Part shown: piece after piece, positions 41,486-50,947 of the stretch
How positions within the stretch are numbered: position 1 is the stretch's first letter
Layout of the letters: each line of letters starts with the position of its first letter
NCBI GenBank assembly: GCA_016201795.1
Contig: JACQCF010000020.1
Coordinates: 5,651 to 69,650 of the forward strand
Reading direction: 5' to 3'
DNA from: Candidatus Omnitrophota bacterium
Lineage (GTDB): Bacteria > Omnitrophota > Gorgyraeia > Zapsychrales > Fredricksoniimonadaceae
Length of the DNA stretch: 64,000 nt
Made by a program: the position numbers and the translations under genes
Notes under the pieces: generated by a model
The model's database searches: none
Told to the model about the DNA's origin: nothing
What the model saw: only the letters and a program-made list of their open reading frames with translations

Positions 41486-43060
41486 ATGATTCTGCAGTTG
41501 CCAAAAATCGGCTTGGCTCTTGGCCTGGCGTGTGTGTTAACCAGCGCCGCGCAGGCCAATAATTTATCCATTACCAATGTTGCTTTAGCCTCTCGTGATC
41601 CGGCTACCAAATCCCTGGTCATTAAATTCGACGTTAGCTGGAATAATTCCTGGCACAATAAAATTAATCACGATGCCGTATGGCTGACGGTACGATTAAA
41701 TGGCACCCAGGATGCCACCACTCATAAGAGGCTTTGCCAAATTTTAGCTTCCGGTCTTAACCCCGCAGGTTCTTCGACGGGAACAGCCGACAAGCTGGAA
41801 TTTTATGTGCCATCTGATAAAAGAGGAGTGTTTTTGCGTCGTTCTTCTAACGGAAATGTCGCCAATATGGCCACTCAGGGGGCGCAATTAACCGTCGATT
41901 ACAGCAGTTGTGGTTTTTTGGACACTGACCAGGTGTATGCCAGCGTGTTTGGTCTGGAAATGGTCTTTATTCCTCAAGGTGATTTTTATACCGGTGATTA
42001 CAACACCAGCACGGCTTCCTTAAATCAGGGTTCCGCGGATAACAACCCTTGGCATATCATCAGTGAAAACGCCATTCCCGTCACTAATTCGGCTTCTGGT
42101 AGCTATTACTATGTGTCCAATAATAATGCCGGCGAATATGCAACGGGAACCAGTTTTAATATTGCGGCCGCGTTTCCCAAAGGTTACGCTCCATTTTATG
42201 TGATGAAATATGAATTAACCGAAGGGCAATGGGTAGAGTTTATCAATTCTTTGGGATCGTCCGCCCAGCGCGCTAATCGCGATATAACGGATAATGAGCA
42301 TAAAAATTCCGACACTGTCATGGCTCGCAACACCATCAGTTGTGCCGGTAGCCCTTTGGTCTGTTCCACTCAGCGTCCTTGGCGGCCGGTGAGTTTCTTA
42401 AGTTGGATGGATTTAGCCGCCTTCTTAGACTGGGATGCGCTTCGGCCTATGACGGAGTTGGAATTTGAAAAAATTGCCCGCGGTCCGCTTTTACCGGTGC
42501 AAGGAGAGTATGTTTGGGGTACAGGGGATATCGCCGCCGCCGTTCATATGAGCGGTAATGAGGATGGCACAGAGACAATAACGGATGCCAACGCCAACGC
42601 CAATTATAACAATACGACCTTTAGCGGAGGAGATGCTTCCCAGGGCGCATCATATCAAATTGGTCCTTTGCGGGTGGGGATTTTCGCGTCCAACGCCACC
42701 ACCCGCGTGATGGCAGGAGCCAGTTATTACGGGGTCATGGACATTTCCGGTAATCTTAAAGAACGTGTGGTGACCATCGGTAATGCCGCTGGGGGGACAT
42801 TTGATGGACAGCATGGTGATGGCGTTCTTTCTTCCATGACAGGTTTTGAGGGTAACGCTGACACCGCCCACTGGCCGGGGTTAGATGCAATCTCTGGCCG
42901 CGGAGTGACAGGGGCCAACGGCTCTGGTTTTCGCGGCGGCTCTTGGTCGGATAGCGGTAATTTATTAAGAATTTCTGATCGTACAGAAGCGGCTTTAACG
43001 TTAACAGAGGCCACCGCTAGTTTTGGTGGTCGCGGAGTTCGCACTTATGATGGCAATTAA
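41486..43060 (+). CDS. Secreted FGE-sulfatase (SUMF1/C-type lectin fold) domain protein, paralog 1
   Basis: AQA signal site; EMVFIPQGDF, FYVMKYELT, LRPMTELEFEKIARG, YGVMDISGNLKE, FRGGSW, FGGRGVR. Confidence 0.82.
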   Translation: MILQLPKIGLALGLACVLTSAAQANNLSITNVALASRDPATKSLVIKFDVSWNNSWHNKINHDAVWLTVRLNGTQDATTHKRLCQILASGLNPAGSSTGTADKLEFYVPSDKRGVFLRRSSNGNVANMATQGAQLTVDYSSCGFLDTDQVYASVFGLEMVFIPQGDFYTGDYNTSTASLNQGSADNNPWHIISENAIPVTNSASGSYYYVSNNNAGEYATGTSFNIAAAFPKGYAPFYVMKYELTEGQWVEFINSLGSSAQRANRDITDNEHKNSDTVMARNTISCAGSPLVCSTQRPWRPVSFLSWMDLAAFLDWDALRPMTELEFEKIARGPLLPVQGEYVWGTGDIAAAVHMSGNEDGTETITDANANANYNNTTFSGGDASQGASYQIGPLRVGIFASNATTRVMAGASYYGVMDISGNLKERVVTIGNAAGGTFDGQHGDGVLSSMTGFEGNADTAHWPGLDAISGRGVTGANGSGFRGGSWSDSGNLLRISDRTEAALTLTEATASFGGRGVRTYDGN

Positions 43061-44681
43061 GCGCATGGCATTAACGATACTGGTTGTTGTTGGTTTGATG
43101 ACGCTAGCTATGGCTAATGATTTGCAGTTGAGCCATTTGAATGTGGTCAGTACAAATACAGCCGCGCAAACCATGACCTTCAGTTTTGATTTAACGCAGC
43201 AAAACAGTTGGCGTACCACCACCAATTATGATGCCGTGTGGATTTTTATGAAATATTCCACCAACGCAGGAATAACTTGGCAACATGCCACTATGGCCGC
43301 CAACGGTATCAATCCCACCGGATTTTTAGCGCCGGATCATTTTGAAATCGATGTCCCACCGGATCAAAAAGGATTTTTTTTGCATCGTAGTGATTATGGC
43401 TCTGGAACTATTTCACCTCAAGGGATTCAATTTGTCTGGGATTATCGCCAGGACGGTCTCACCACAGCCACAGCCCAAGCCGCCAACACTCTTCATAAAA
43501 TTTTTGGCATTGAAATGGTCTATATTCCAGCCGGCGCTTTTTATGCGGGGGATGGCAACAGTTCCGCAGATTATCATTTAAAGGCTGGCTCCGCGGATAA
43601 TAATCCCTGGTATATTCAAAGTGAAAATGCCATTACCACCACCAACGCAGTTTCCGGCGGTTATTATTATGTCGCCAGCAGTGCTAATGGCGAGAACAAT
43701 ACGGGTGATATTTTTTTAATTCCCGCTTCTTTCCCCAAAGGTTACCACGATTTTTATTTAATGAAATATGAATTAACACAAGGCCAGTGGGTGGGATTTT
43801 TTAACACTCTCTCCCATGCGGCTAAATTGAATCATGACATTACTTCCGCCGATTTAGGAGGTAAAAATTCTCAAGGGGCGGTTTATCGCAATACCATTGC
43901 TTGGGATTCTTCTAATGTTTCTTCCCCAGCGACGACCTCGAGGCCTTGGCGTCCGGTCAGTTTTGTCTCCTGGCCGGATGTGGCGGCCTATGCGGCGTGG
44001 GCAGCGCTGCGTCCTATAACGGAATTGGAATTCGAGAAAGCCGCTCGCGGTAAAGACATTGCCCCTGTACCGGATGAATTGGCCTGGGGGACTGCTTCTT
44101 ACACGGCGGTGACTTCTTCAGATATCGTTCCTTCCAATAGCGATGAAAATGGAACTGAAACCATTCAAAACAGCGCGGCCAATTTGAGCCGTAATTCATT
44201 GGGATTTACTTCCGGTGATGGCAGGGCCTTGGGGCCTGCTCCTAATCAAAGCGGGCCTTTGCGGGCAGGGATTTTTGCGGCTACTTCTAATAATAGAATC
44301 AACAGTGGAGCCGGATTCTACGGCAATATGGAGCTTTCCGGAAATTTGGCAGAGCCAATGGTTACGATCGGCCGTGTGCAGGGCCGCCAATTTTTGGGTA
44401 CCCATGGCAATGGGCAATTGACGACGCTGGCAGGGTTTGAAGGTTTTGCTCCTAATACGGATTGGCCGGGCATTGATACCGCCAATGCCAGCCGGGGAAT
44501 AAGACAGACCGTGGGCATCGGTTATCGCGGGGGCGATTTCGCCTCTTCTAATATTCGTACTTATGAGCTGTCTTCGCGGACGTATGCGGCTAAAGACCCT
44601 GATAGTCAGGGATGTTTTCAGCGTTATGATGCCAACTGCGCTGTTTTCTATGGTGGTCGCTTGGGCCGAACAGCCCCTTAA
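43050..44681 (+). CDS. Secreted FGE-sulfatase (SUMF1/C-type lectin fold) domain protein, paralog 2
   Basis: AMA signal site; EMVYIPAGAF, FYLMKYELT, LRPITELEFEKAARG, YGNMELSGNL, YRGGDF, YGGRLGR; clearly paralogous to 41486-43060. Confidence 0.82.
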   Translation: MAIKRMALTILVVVGLMTLAMANDLQLSHLNVVSTNTAAQTMTFSFDLTQQNSWRTTTNYDAVWIFMKYSTNAGITWQHATMAANGINPTGFLAPDHFEIDVPPDQKGFFLHRSDYGSGTISPQGIQFVWDYRQDGLTTATAQAANTLHKIFGIEMVYIPAGAFYAGDGNSSADYHLKAGSADNNPWYIQSENAITTTNAVSGGYYYVASSANGENNTGDIFLIPASFPKGYHDFYLMKYELTQGQWVGFFNTLSHAAKLNHDITSADLGGKNSQGAVYRNTIAWDSSNVSSPATTSRPWRPVSFVSWPDVAAYAAWAALRPITELEFEKAARGKDIAPVPDELAWGTASYTAVTSSDIVPSNSDENGTETIQNSAANLSRNSLGFTSGDGRALGPAPNQSGPLRAGIFAATSNNRINSGAGFYGNMELSGNLAEPMVTIGRVQGRQFLGTHGNGQLTTLAGFEGFAPNTDWPGIDTANASRGIRQTVGIGYRGGDFASSNIRTYELSSRTYAAKDPDSQGCFQRYDANCAVFYGGRLGRTAP

Positions 44682-44690
44682 TACAACGGC

Positions 44691-47297
44691 ATGTCTAAAC
44701 AGGGTTTAAAATTGAACACACCAAACCATCGGCGGATATTTCTTGTCTTGGGAGCTTTTGGGGTATTTGGTTTTATTGTCTCTCAAGCTCTGGCGCAATA
44801 CAGCGGCGGCAGTCAAACCTTCACCGCTGAGGATACCATCGGCAGTGATATTTACAAAGGCGGCGCGCAAACCACCTCCACGTTTGCCAGCTCTGCTTCC
44901 ATTGGGTCTTTGTCCTATGGGACAGCGACTAAACTTGTCTTTACTACTTCTCCCTCAACCACCAAACACTTCTTGAAGTTTGAACGTCAGCCGGTGGTGG
45001 CTATTGAAGATGTCAATGGTAATGTGGTCGCCGGCGATAACAGCACACAGGTCACTATACAAATCCTCAACAATCCTGGCGATGGGGCTCTCTTGGGTAC
45101 GGCCACCATCACAGCTGCTCATGGTTTGGCGCAGTTTACGGATTTGCAAATTAACCGTCCAGGTCAGATGTATACTTTAAAAGCGACGGCGGCTGGCTTG
45201 ATTGACGGTATTTCTGCTAATTTTGATATTTTATCTGGTACAGGGGCCAAAGCTGTCGCCGTCTGGGACAATGCAAGTAGTGCTTTTAATATTTATACCT
45301 GGGTTGAATCGGACAACCAACGTGTTGCATTAGCTGCGGGTAATACATGTACTATTACAATTTTTAAAGTCAATGGCACTACTGAAACGGCGCCGTCCAT
45401 GAGTCTAGATACCACCCAAAATTGGTTTAAATCTGATACTGAATGGACTCCAGTAACGCCTGCAAATTCTTACTTTATCGACATCTCTATTACCAGCGCT
45501 GCTGCCTGCAGCGCTAATGCCGGTAATATTTGTCAGACGTATCAGCCTTTGGATCTTGTGAAATCCACCGTTGAAGCCATTAAAACAAAAACTGACACCA
45601 TCAACTGGCAGGATATCGGGGTTATTAAAGGCAGCACCAACACCATCAACTGGCAGGATATCGGGGTTTTAAAATCAACCGACAGCGCCATTAAGACTGT
45701 CACCGATACTATACCGACCACCATTAACTGGACTGATATTGACCGTATGACTAAAGCGGCCGTGAATTGGACGGATATTTCCCGCCAGTCTTTAGTAGGT
45801 GTTAACTGGAATGATATGATGGTATTAACCACTATCGGTATTAATTGGAGAGACTTCAATACTCTGACCAAAGCGGGTGTGAATTGGAATGATTTAGGGG
45901 TGTTGACGACCAAAGGTGTTAATTGGACAGATTTTCAGAAATTTGCTAGCCTTGGCATAAACTGGACCGATATGGATAAGCTTTTCAAAGCCGGAGTCAA
46001 CTGGAGTGATTTTGCTTTGATGGGTAAAACTAGTATTAACTGGTATGACGTAGCCATTATGTCCGGTGCCAGAATCAATTGGTCGAGTCAAATTAACTGG
46101 TTTAGCCTGGCGGCCTTGACGACTTCGATGGTGAACTGGAATGATTTGGCGGTTCTGTCCATTAATCACATCAACTGGGATGATTTTGGAGTATTAAGCA
46201 AGACAGGGGTCAACTGGTCAAGCGTGGGGGTTTTATCAACGGCCAATATCAATTGGGCGGATATTCAAACATTATCCAAGGCAGGTGTTAACTGGGGCGG
46301 GATCGCTACTTTAGCCAATAGTGGAGTCAATTGGACTAACATTGCTCAGTTGTCTTTATCCAATGTCAATTGGACCGCCTTCGATGTTCTGGGGGCGGCA
46401 GGCGTTAACTGGACCGATATTGCCTCTCTGAGCCTGAAGGGAATTAACTGGACGGATATCTCGACTTTAAGTACCCGGGGAGTTAATTGGGATAATCTCA
46501 GAACTATCTCTACCAGCGGTGTGAACTGGACGGATTTGAATGCTATGACCACCTCTGGTATTAACTGGTTGAGCTTCGGGTCTTTATCTAACGCCGGGAT
46601 TAACTGGGCTGGTATTGATATCCTTTCTGATGCCAATGTTAATTGGTATGGCGTTGGACAAATGTCGACGAACAATATCAATTGGAGTAATTTTAGCGAA
46701 TTATCCACCGCCAATATCAACTGGGAGGATGTGAATGCGCAAAGCCGTGGGGGAATCAACTGGATTGATTACGCCTCCATGACCCACGGCGGGGTTAACT
46801 GGTTTGATCCCGCACTGCAGAGTACCGCGCATATTAATTGGGCAGGGATAAATACCTTAATGAGCAGGGTGGGCTCTATTAATGATGTCTCGAAAAAGGG
46901 CAAGACCAGCGCGGATGCTGCCTTAGGGTATACTCAGGATATTTTGCGTGATTTAGGGCTCAATGGTGTCACGCCGGATGTCTATACCAAATTGAAACTC
47001 CTGGAAAATTCTATTGAGGACATCAAGACATCAGCCCAAGATTTAACCAGCGGCCAGGGCAATTCAGGCAATATGGCTAAACAGATGATTGATAAACTCA
47101 ACAACATATTGGCCAGACAGGCCAAAGCAGCTGGTTTGCAAGAAACGATGAGTGTATCTCAACTGTCTGCTAAAGAATCCAAAGATACACAGAAGGTTAA
47201 CGAAAAATTGGAAGAAATCACGGCCAAGGTCAATGCCTTGCGTGAGGCGATGCAGGTTCAAGATGTGGTCGTCAAGGCCTGGTATGAAAGTGAATAA
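44691..47297 (+). CDS. Secreted fibre/adhesin-like protein: Ig-like domain, 13-aa [IV]NW repeats, C-terminal coiled coil
   Basis: ALA-Q signal site; KLVFTTSP..QPVVAIEDVNGN..AQFTDLQI..YTLKATA Ig-like segment; 32 [IV]NW motifs; KLEEITAKVNALREAM coiled coil. Confidence 0.8.
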   Translation: MSKQGLKLNTPNHRRIFLVLGAFGVFGFIVSQALAQYSGGSQTFTAEDTIGSDIYKGGAQTTSTFASSASIGSLSYGTATKLVFTTSPSTTKHFLKFERQPVVAIEDVNGNVVAGDNSTQVTIQILNNPGDGALLGTATITAAHGLAQFTDLQINRPGQMYTLKATAAGLIDGISANFDILSGTGAKAVAVWDNASSAFNIYTWVESDNQRVALAAGNTCTITIFKVNGTTETAPSMSLDTTQNWFKSDTEWTPVTPANSYFIDISITSAAACSANAGNICQTYQPLDLVKSTVEAIKTKTDTINWQDIGVIKGSTNTINWQDIGVLKSTDSAIKTVTDTIPTTINWTDIDRMTKAAVNWTDISRQSLVGVNWNDMMVLTTIGINWRDFNTLTKAGVNWNDLGVLTTKGVNWTDFQKFASLGINWTDMDKLFKAGVNWSDFALMGKTSINWYDVAIMSGARINWSSQINWFSLAALTTSMVNWNDLAVLSINHINWDDFGVLSKTGVNWSSVGVLSTANINWADIQTLSKAGVNWGGIATLANSGVNWTNIAQLSLSNVNWTAFDVLGAAGVNWTDIASLSLKGINWTDISTLSTRGVNWDNLRTISTSGVNWTDLNAMTTSGINWLSFGSLSNAGINWAGIDILSDANVNWYGVGQMSTNNINWSNFSELSTANINWEDVNAQSRGGINWIDYASMTHGGVNWFDPALQSTAHINWAGINTLMSRVGSINDVSKKGKTSADAALGYTQDILRDLGLNGVTPDVYTKLKLLENSIEDIKTSAQDLTSGQGNSGNMAKQMIDKLNNILARQAKAAGLQETMSVSQLSAKESKDTQKVNEKLEEITAKVNALREAMQVQDVVVKAWYESE
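45595..46870 (+). repeat. Intragenic 39-bp (13-aa) degenerate tandem repeat
   Basis: 32 [IV]-N-W motifs, mostly spaced 13 aa; the first two units share an exact 29-bp copy (45595-45623 and 45640-45668). Confidence 0.9.
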
Positions 47298-47299
47298 TT

Positions 47300-48607
47300 A
47301 TGAACAAAATGTTTGATCCCCCCAGATGGATGACCGTGATCATGGGGCTTACGTTTCTGTTGGGGACAGCACCTCTAGCTTTGGCGGACGTGTATATTAA
47401 TGTGATGGCTGTTAACGGCATGCCGGAGACCAAAGAGAGTCCCATCAAATTTAATTTACCCGGTGATATAACAGCCCAGGATATTCTTGATACTAATGGT
47501 CTTGATTTAGATTATAACGTGAATGACGCTAATTATTATGTGCATGGCAAGGTCACGCTCAAGCCCAAAGAGTCCAAAATTTTTCGTATCCGTGTCCGCG
47601 ATGTCTGGCGATTAACACCCCAACACGTCAATGATATTAAGAATAAAATCGAGCAAGGCTATGAGCAAATAGGAAAGCTCAAAGATCCTCAAGCAGGAGG
47701 GCTTCTTCGAAACCGGCTTCTTGAGAAACTCGATTTTGTTCAAGCACAAAGCACAAAGGCAGACAGTGTTGAGAAGCGTATGGATGCTTTCCGCGCTTAC
47801 ACAAAAGAATTGCAGCGCATTGAATATAATGCCCTGGCCGTCGATTACTGGCGCTCAGACCCCCATGCCGTTGCACAGGACAAAATAATCCGTTTTAATA
47901 TAGAAATTGAGAATCCATTCGACACCGAAAAACCCTATAAACACAAACATTATTTACCCGCCGAGGTCAAACCCGAGAATCTTGTTGAGTTTGAAGGCTT
48001 TGAAGTTCGTTTTGATCAGGCCAGAGGCCAGGTCTTTTTATTTAAAGAGGAACAGCTTAAAGCTAAAGAAAAAAAGAAATATACGATTGGTGTTAAAGAC
48101 GTGTGGTTGATTCCTTCTAAAGACATTAATGATTTACACAGCCGGGCCAATGACGTTTATGATTTTTTAAAAGATTCCAAGTTCGATTCCAGTGCCAAAA
48201 CTCTTTTCGATCATATGAATGTGCTGTTGGCCGATATTGAAGCTTCACAGGCACAGAAAAGAGGAGTCATGGAGCATATCAGCATTTTCCGTAATAATCA
48301 AAAGACCTACGATAGCGCCAAGGCCGACGTGGAAAATCTGGAGAAATTGTTGTCCATGTACCGTGAGGGCATAGAGAAAACCAGAGTGCAGAATATCCTA
48401 CAGAAGGTGCGTTCTCTTAGAGGGCCAGCGGATATTGCCAAAGCTGTCTTTCATAAAAAACCTACTGAAACTACCACCTGGAAATTAATCAAGTGGATTT
48501 TAGTTTTTGTAGCCTTTTTAACTATCCTGAATTTTGTGGTCTGGATGATACGTTCAAAAGAGAAGAAAACGCCCGGGACTCAATCCCCTGGAGAGAAAAT
48601 AGCATAA
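47300..48607 (+). CDS. Hypothetical exported protein with an internal duplication and C-terminal TM anchor
   Basis: ALA-D signal site; two similar domains ending LKPKESKIFRIRVRDVW and LKAKEKKKYTIGVKDVW, each followed by helices; TM WILVFVAFLTILNFVVW. Confidence 0.75.
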   Translation: MNKMFDPPRWMTVIMGLTFLLGTAPLALADVYINVMAVNGMPETKESPIKFNLPGDITAQDILDTNGLDLDYNVNDANYYVHGKVTLKPKESKIFRIRVRDVWRLTPQHVNDIKNKIEQGYEQIGKLKDPQAGGLLRNRLLEKLDFVQAQSTKADSVEKRMDAFRAYTKELQRIEYNALAVDYWRSDPHAVAQDKIIRFNIEIENPFDTEKPYKHKHYLPAEVKPENLVEFEGFEVRFDQARGQVFLFKEEQLKAKEKKKYTIGVKDVWLIPSKDINDLHSRANDVYDFLKDSKFDSSAKTLFDHMNVLLADIEASQAQKRGVMEHISIFRNNQKTYDSAKADVENLEKLLSMYREGIEKTRVQNILQKVRSLRGPADIAKAVFHKKPTETTTWKLIKWILVFVAFLTILNFVVWMIRSKEKKTPGTQSPGEKIA

Positions 48608-48619
48608 AGCGGTGAGGCT

Positions 48620-50158
48620 GTGATGGGTGCAAAGCAGTTACAATATACGGAAGCCGGCGTCGTCAAAGCTGTTCGCGGCTGTATCGTTCTTGTGAGAGGT
48701 TTGCACCATTGTATTAATGGACAGCTGATGACCTTCGGTTATGGCACCATGGGCATGGTGATTGGTTTTAATGAACAGGAAGCCCAGGTTCTGATTATTA
48801 AAGAAACCGAGAAAATTAAAGCCGGGGATAAGGCCATTGCCTCCATTGAACCGTTTGAAATGCCGGTCGGGGAAAAATTCATTGGGCGCATTGTGAATGT
48901 CTTGGCAGAGCCCCTGGACGGTTTAGGCCCTATTGCCTATGATCAAATGTATCCCATTTTTTCTGAAGCCCCGCCGATTCTGGCGCGTCAGCCTTTAAAT
49001 AAAACGTTGGAAACAGGCATTAAAGTTTTGGATGTTATGACTCCCATCGGTCTTGGCCAGCGTGAGTTAATCCTGGGGGATAAGGGAACGGGCAAAACAA
49101 CTTTTGTGACGGATACGATTCTCAATCAAAAACATACCGGCCTCATATGCATTTATGTGGCCATCGGTAAACCCAAATCCGCTCTGGCTAAAATCGTGCA
49201 GTTGTTTAAAGACCACGATTGTTTCAAGTACAGTTTGATTATTTGTGCCGGGGCATCGTCTGTGCCCGGCCAACAGTATTTGGCGCCGTATGTCGCCTGT
49301 TCAGTGGCAGAATATTTTTTGCATCAGGGCAAGAATGTTTTTATTGGATTTGATGATTTGACCAAACACGCCTGGTGTTATCGGGAAATTTCGCTGTTGC
49401 TGGGCCGCCCTCCCGGACGCGACTCTTATCCCGGAGATATTTTCTATCTGCATTCGAAGATGATCGAGCGCGCCTGTTATCTGGATGAAAAACACGGGGG
49501 TGGGTCCATGACTTTTTTCCCCATTGTGGAGATCCTCGAAGGTGACCTGACGGCTTTTGTGCCTTCCAACCTGGTTTCCATGACCGATGGACAAATTTAT
49601 TTAAGCAGTTCGCTTTTTGGCGAAGGCCAAAAGCCCGCCTTGGATTTGGGTTTATCTATTTCCCGTGTTGGCTCCAAAGTACAATGGCCGGCGATCAAAT
49701 CTCTTTCCGGCCCTTTACGTTTGGAATATTTGCAGTATAGGGAATTACTACGCATTTCCAAACTCAAAACCACCGGCTATTCTGATGAAACTCTGGAGAA
49801 GCTCAAACGCGGGGCGATTTTGACCGAAATTTTGCGTCAGGATAAGGACAGGCCCGTGATACAGGAGATTCAAGTGATGATTTTTTATGCCTTTACCAGG
49901 AAAATGCTCGATGAATTAACCATTCCCGAAGTCAGGATTTTCCAGGATGAAATCCTTGAGTATACGTGCAAGAATAATCCGGATTTATTAACACTGTTAA
50001 AAGAAAAGCGCAGGCTTGATCCGGATATTGAAAAAGGCATCAGCAGCGTCGTTGGCGCTTATGTGCAAGCATTGATGGGGCAACGTAAGCAGCAATCTTT
50101 GGATCAGCGGGATGATGAGGCGGCCGAGCTTCAGCCGGCGCAGGCCAAAGGGGTCTAA
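48620..50158 (+). CDS. atpA: Divergent F1-type ATPase alpha subunit
   Basis: ETGIKVLD, PIGLGQRELILGDKGTGKT, DDLTKHA, RPPGRDSYPGDIFYLHS, TDGQIYL, SISRVG (Arg finger). Confidence 0.95.
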   Translation: MMGAKQLQYTEAGVVKAVRGCIVLVRGLHHCINGQLMTFGYGTMGMVIGFNEQEAQVLIIKETEKIKAGDKAIASIEPFEMPVGEKFIGRIVNVLAEPLDGLGPIAYDQMYPIFSEAPPILARQPLNKTLETGIKVLDVMTPIGLGQRELILGDKGTGKTTFVTDTILNQKHTGLICIYVAIGKPKSALAKIVQLFKDHDCFKYSLIICAGASSVPGQQYLAPYVACSVAEYFLHQGKNVFIGFDDLTKHAWCYREISLLLGRPPGRDSYPGDIFYLHSKMIERACYLDEKHGGGSMTFFPIVEILEGDLTAFVPSNLVSMTDGQIYLSSSLFGEGQKPALDLGLSISRVGSKVQWPAIKSLSGPLRLEYLQYRELLRISKLKTTGYSDETLEKLKRGAILTEILRQDKDRPVIQEIQVMIFYAFTRKMLDELTIPEVRIFQDEILEYTCKNNPDLLTLLKEKRRLDPDIEKGISSVVGAYVQALMGQRKQQSLDQRDDEAAELQPAQAKGV

Positions 50159-50163
50159 AATAT

Positions 50164-50466
50164 ATGGCTCAAAACAGAACCAATTTTCGCTGCACCATTC
50201 TCAGTCCCCAAAATTTAATATTTGAAGACGATGTGAACAGTTTGTTTATTATTGGCGATAGAAGCGAATATGAACTGTTAGCGTATCATTATCCTTTGGT
50301 TGGTCTTATTCAAAAAGGAGATATTATCATAGACGCCAAGCGCCGTATTTCGATACGTTCCGGCATCTTACGATTTTTCGCCAATGAATGTACGATCTTA
50401 ATTGAGGACACCGAGCATACGTTTGCCTCTGGCCGGCGTTCTTTGGATGAGGTGATTAAACTTTAA
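50164..50466 (+). CDS. atpC: F-type ATPase epsilon-like subunit (beta-sandwich, short C-terminus)
   Basis: FRCTILSPQNLIF, ELLAYHYPLV, ISIRSGIL..CTILIE pattern of the epsilon N-terminal domain. Confidence 0.75.
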   Translation: MAQNRTNFRCTILSPQNLIFEDDVNSLFIIGDRSEYELLAYHYPLVGLIQKGDIIIDAKRRISIRSGILRFFANECTILIEDTEHTFASGRRSLDEVIKL

Positions 50467-50485
50467 GTAAAGCGAAGGCTTTGGT

Positions 50486-50704
50486 ATGTTAGCCGACACA
50501 TTTATTATTCTTACGGTCATGTTTATTGCGGTCATGGGGCCATCGGTGGTGGTGGCCATTTTAGGCTATGCGGTCATCAAAGCTTTAAGCCGTAATCCGT
50601 CGGCCGCTTCCAAAATTTTTATGGGCATGGCGATCATGCTGGTGTTTGTCGAGGCCATTGCGGTGGTAGCGATTTTAATCATTTTTCAGATGTTTGGTAA
50701 GTAG
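50486..50704 (+). CDS. atpE: F-type ATPase c-like proteolipid
   Basis: Two TM helices, RNP loop, conserved carboxylate in FVEAI. Confidence 0.85.
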   Translation: MLADTFIILTVMFIAVMGPSVVVAILGYAVIKALSRNPSAASKIFMGMAIMLVFVEAIAVVAILIIFQMFGK

Positions 50705-50710
50705 GCGCTT

Positions 50711-50938
50711 ATGGGATTTCGTTTATGGTATGAAGGCATTCTTTTTATGGTGTCGTTCGGGCTGATTGTCGGTTTGCCGTGTTTTTTCGTGGCGGTTTTA
50801 GGATCAAAAATGATCAATGATTTGGGTTATTTTCCGACCAAGGCGGCTAAGATTCAGCTGAATATGTCATGGAAAATTTTTATGGTCGAGGTTGTTGCAT
50901 TTTTGATGCTGATCGTTTTTTTTCATATTTTTAGCTAA
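50711..50938 (+). CDS. Second, more divergent c-like proteolipid
   Basis: Aligns without gaps to 50486-50704 (P-xxx-VA[IV]LG...P...KI...VE); Glu retained, RNP loop changed to YFP. Confidence 0.65.
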   Translation: MGFRLWYEGILFMVSFGLIVGLPCFFVAVLGSKMINDLGYFPTKAAKIQLNMSWKIFMVEVVAFLMLIVFFHIFS

Positions 50939-50947
50939 TCAAGGGGC

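Noticed and set aside
41486-44681. Active diversity-generating retroelement
   Set aside because: No reverse transcriptase or template repeat is visible in the window; the paralog differences are not adenine-specific.
45595-46870. Regular 39-bp periodicity as a possible CRISPR array
   Set aside because: Repeats are conserved at the protein level with synonymous variation inside an open ORF; there are no identical DNA repeats with unique spacers and no cas genes.
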